The notes beneath the pieces were generated by a model that was not told the DNA's origin, searched no databases, and saw only the letters and a list, made by a program, of their open reading frames with translations. Shown one piece after another: positions 63,264 through 64,000 of a DNA stretch of 64,000 nt. The DNA lies in NCBI GenBank assembly GCA_963706955.1, contig CAVPOC010000003.1, positions 128,001-192,000 of the forward strand, written 5' to 3'. Source of the DNA: an uncultured Verrucomicrobiae bacterium (lineage in GTDB: Bacteria > Verrucomicrobiota > Verrucomicrobiia > Chthoniobacterales > Terrimicrobiaceae). A program made the position numbers and the translations under genes. Every line of letters starts with the position of its first letter. The stretch's first letter is position 1.

Positions 63264-64000
63264 TCAAGCGCAACAGTCGTTGGCCGCGCTTTTCGATTGG
63301 GACTCGTCGTCGTACTCGTCGTGGCGACGGAACCAGGATCCGGTCTCGTTACGCCCTCGGGGCGCCCGGTCGAGCCACTGATACGTGGCCCAGAGCACGT
63401 CCAACCCGCGCGCGTAGGTCGAGTAAGTGTGGTAAAGGACGTCGTTCTCGAGGGCGAACGCGCTCATGCCGGGACCCTCCCGAATGTATGTCGCCCAATC
63501 CGTGCCGACACTCGCCGCGAGCGTTGTTACGGCTTCCGACACCGGCTCGCTCTCGGCGACCTCGTCCTTGCGTGAGCTGAGTCCGTTTTTGCCGTAATTG
63601 TACTCGATGTTTCCCGAGCGCTGCTGTCCCTCGGTGAACGAGACGTGAAAATCGTAGTTGAAGTCACTGCCCGACGAGGATGCCCACGGGAAGCTCCAGC
63701 CCATTCGAAGTTTGTACGCTTGCAATTTCGCGAGTGGCGCGCACGACACCGCCCAAAGCATCACGTCGTGGTTGGCCAGGTGGACGACAGAGCCGTTAAA
63801 CCCGTCCGCGATCGCCGAACAATTCGGACACCCCGCCGTGTAGTCGGGTCCAAACATGAAGTGGTAAACCAGGAGTTGCGAGCGCCCTCGGAACAGATCA
63901 GCGAGGGAGGCTTTTCCTCGCTCGGTGTCGAATTGGTACTCCTTGTCGATTCGGACCCAGGGCAACTCCTGTCGCCGCCGCGTCAGCTCGTCACTGCGGC
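63264..64000 (-). CDS. DUF899 thioredoxin-like protein (start lies beyond the window)
   Basis: RRRQELPWV, QLLVYHFMFGP, GCPNCS, YHTYSTYARG, LDRAPRGRNE. Confidence 0.9.
   Translation of the reverse strand, partial: RSDELTRRRQELPWVRIDKEYQFDTERGKASLADLFRGRSQLLVYHFMFGPDYTAGCPNCSAIADGFNGSVVHLANHDVMLWAVSCAPLAKLQAYKLRMGWSFPWASSSGSDFNYDFHVSFTEGQQRSGNIEYNYGKNGLSSRKDEVAESEPVSEAVTTLAASVGTDWATYIREGPGMSAFALENDVLYHTYSTYARGLDVLWATYQWLDRAPRGRNETGSWFRRHDEYDDESQSKSAANDCCA

Overview
Bacterial, GC-rich accessory region. The repeat types are suggestive of a soil Verrucomicrobiota/Chthoniobacterales-like host, but that is inference only. I saw no rRNA, tRNA or CRISPR array. Content in order: an aldo/keto-reductase + AraC cluster; a sugar ABC importer; detox oxidoreductases and an epoxide hydrolase; a coupled SDR-ROK-SIS-FAD oxidoreductase-phosphotriesterase-like operon; a mosaic redox-stress patch (VOC, MerA/RclA-like flavoprotein, DUF4126, IS630 remnant, DUF5996, DUF417); a four-gene egtB-egtD-ABC transporter operon; an MFS transporter; a ~7.1 kb Rhs/YD + IPT island bracketed by a 45-bp direct repeat; aroE; MOSC; an inositol-type catabolic locus with a perfect sigma70 promoter and shared operator-like repeats; a Rieske-domain protein; an RND pump; an arginase-family gene; and DUF2182/DUF899. 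Many genes carry single-base indels, one pair compensating, so most apparent frameshifts are probably long-read consensus errors. The three most notable signals are (1) at least six copies of a miniature inverted-repeat element that retains fused N- and C-terminal scraps of a GxxExxY-type nuclease gene, (2) the direct-repeat-bounded Rhs island with an unrecognised cationic tip and a YD-IPT partner where an immunity gene is expected, and (3) ergothioneine synthesis genes translationally coupled to a betaine-type importer. All family calls come from motif recognition by eye; no database search was run.
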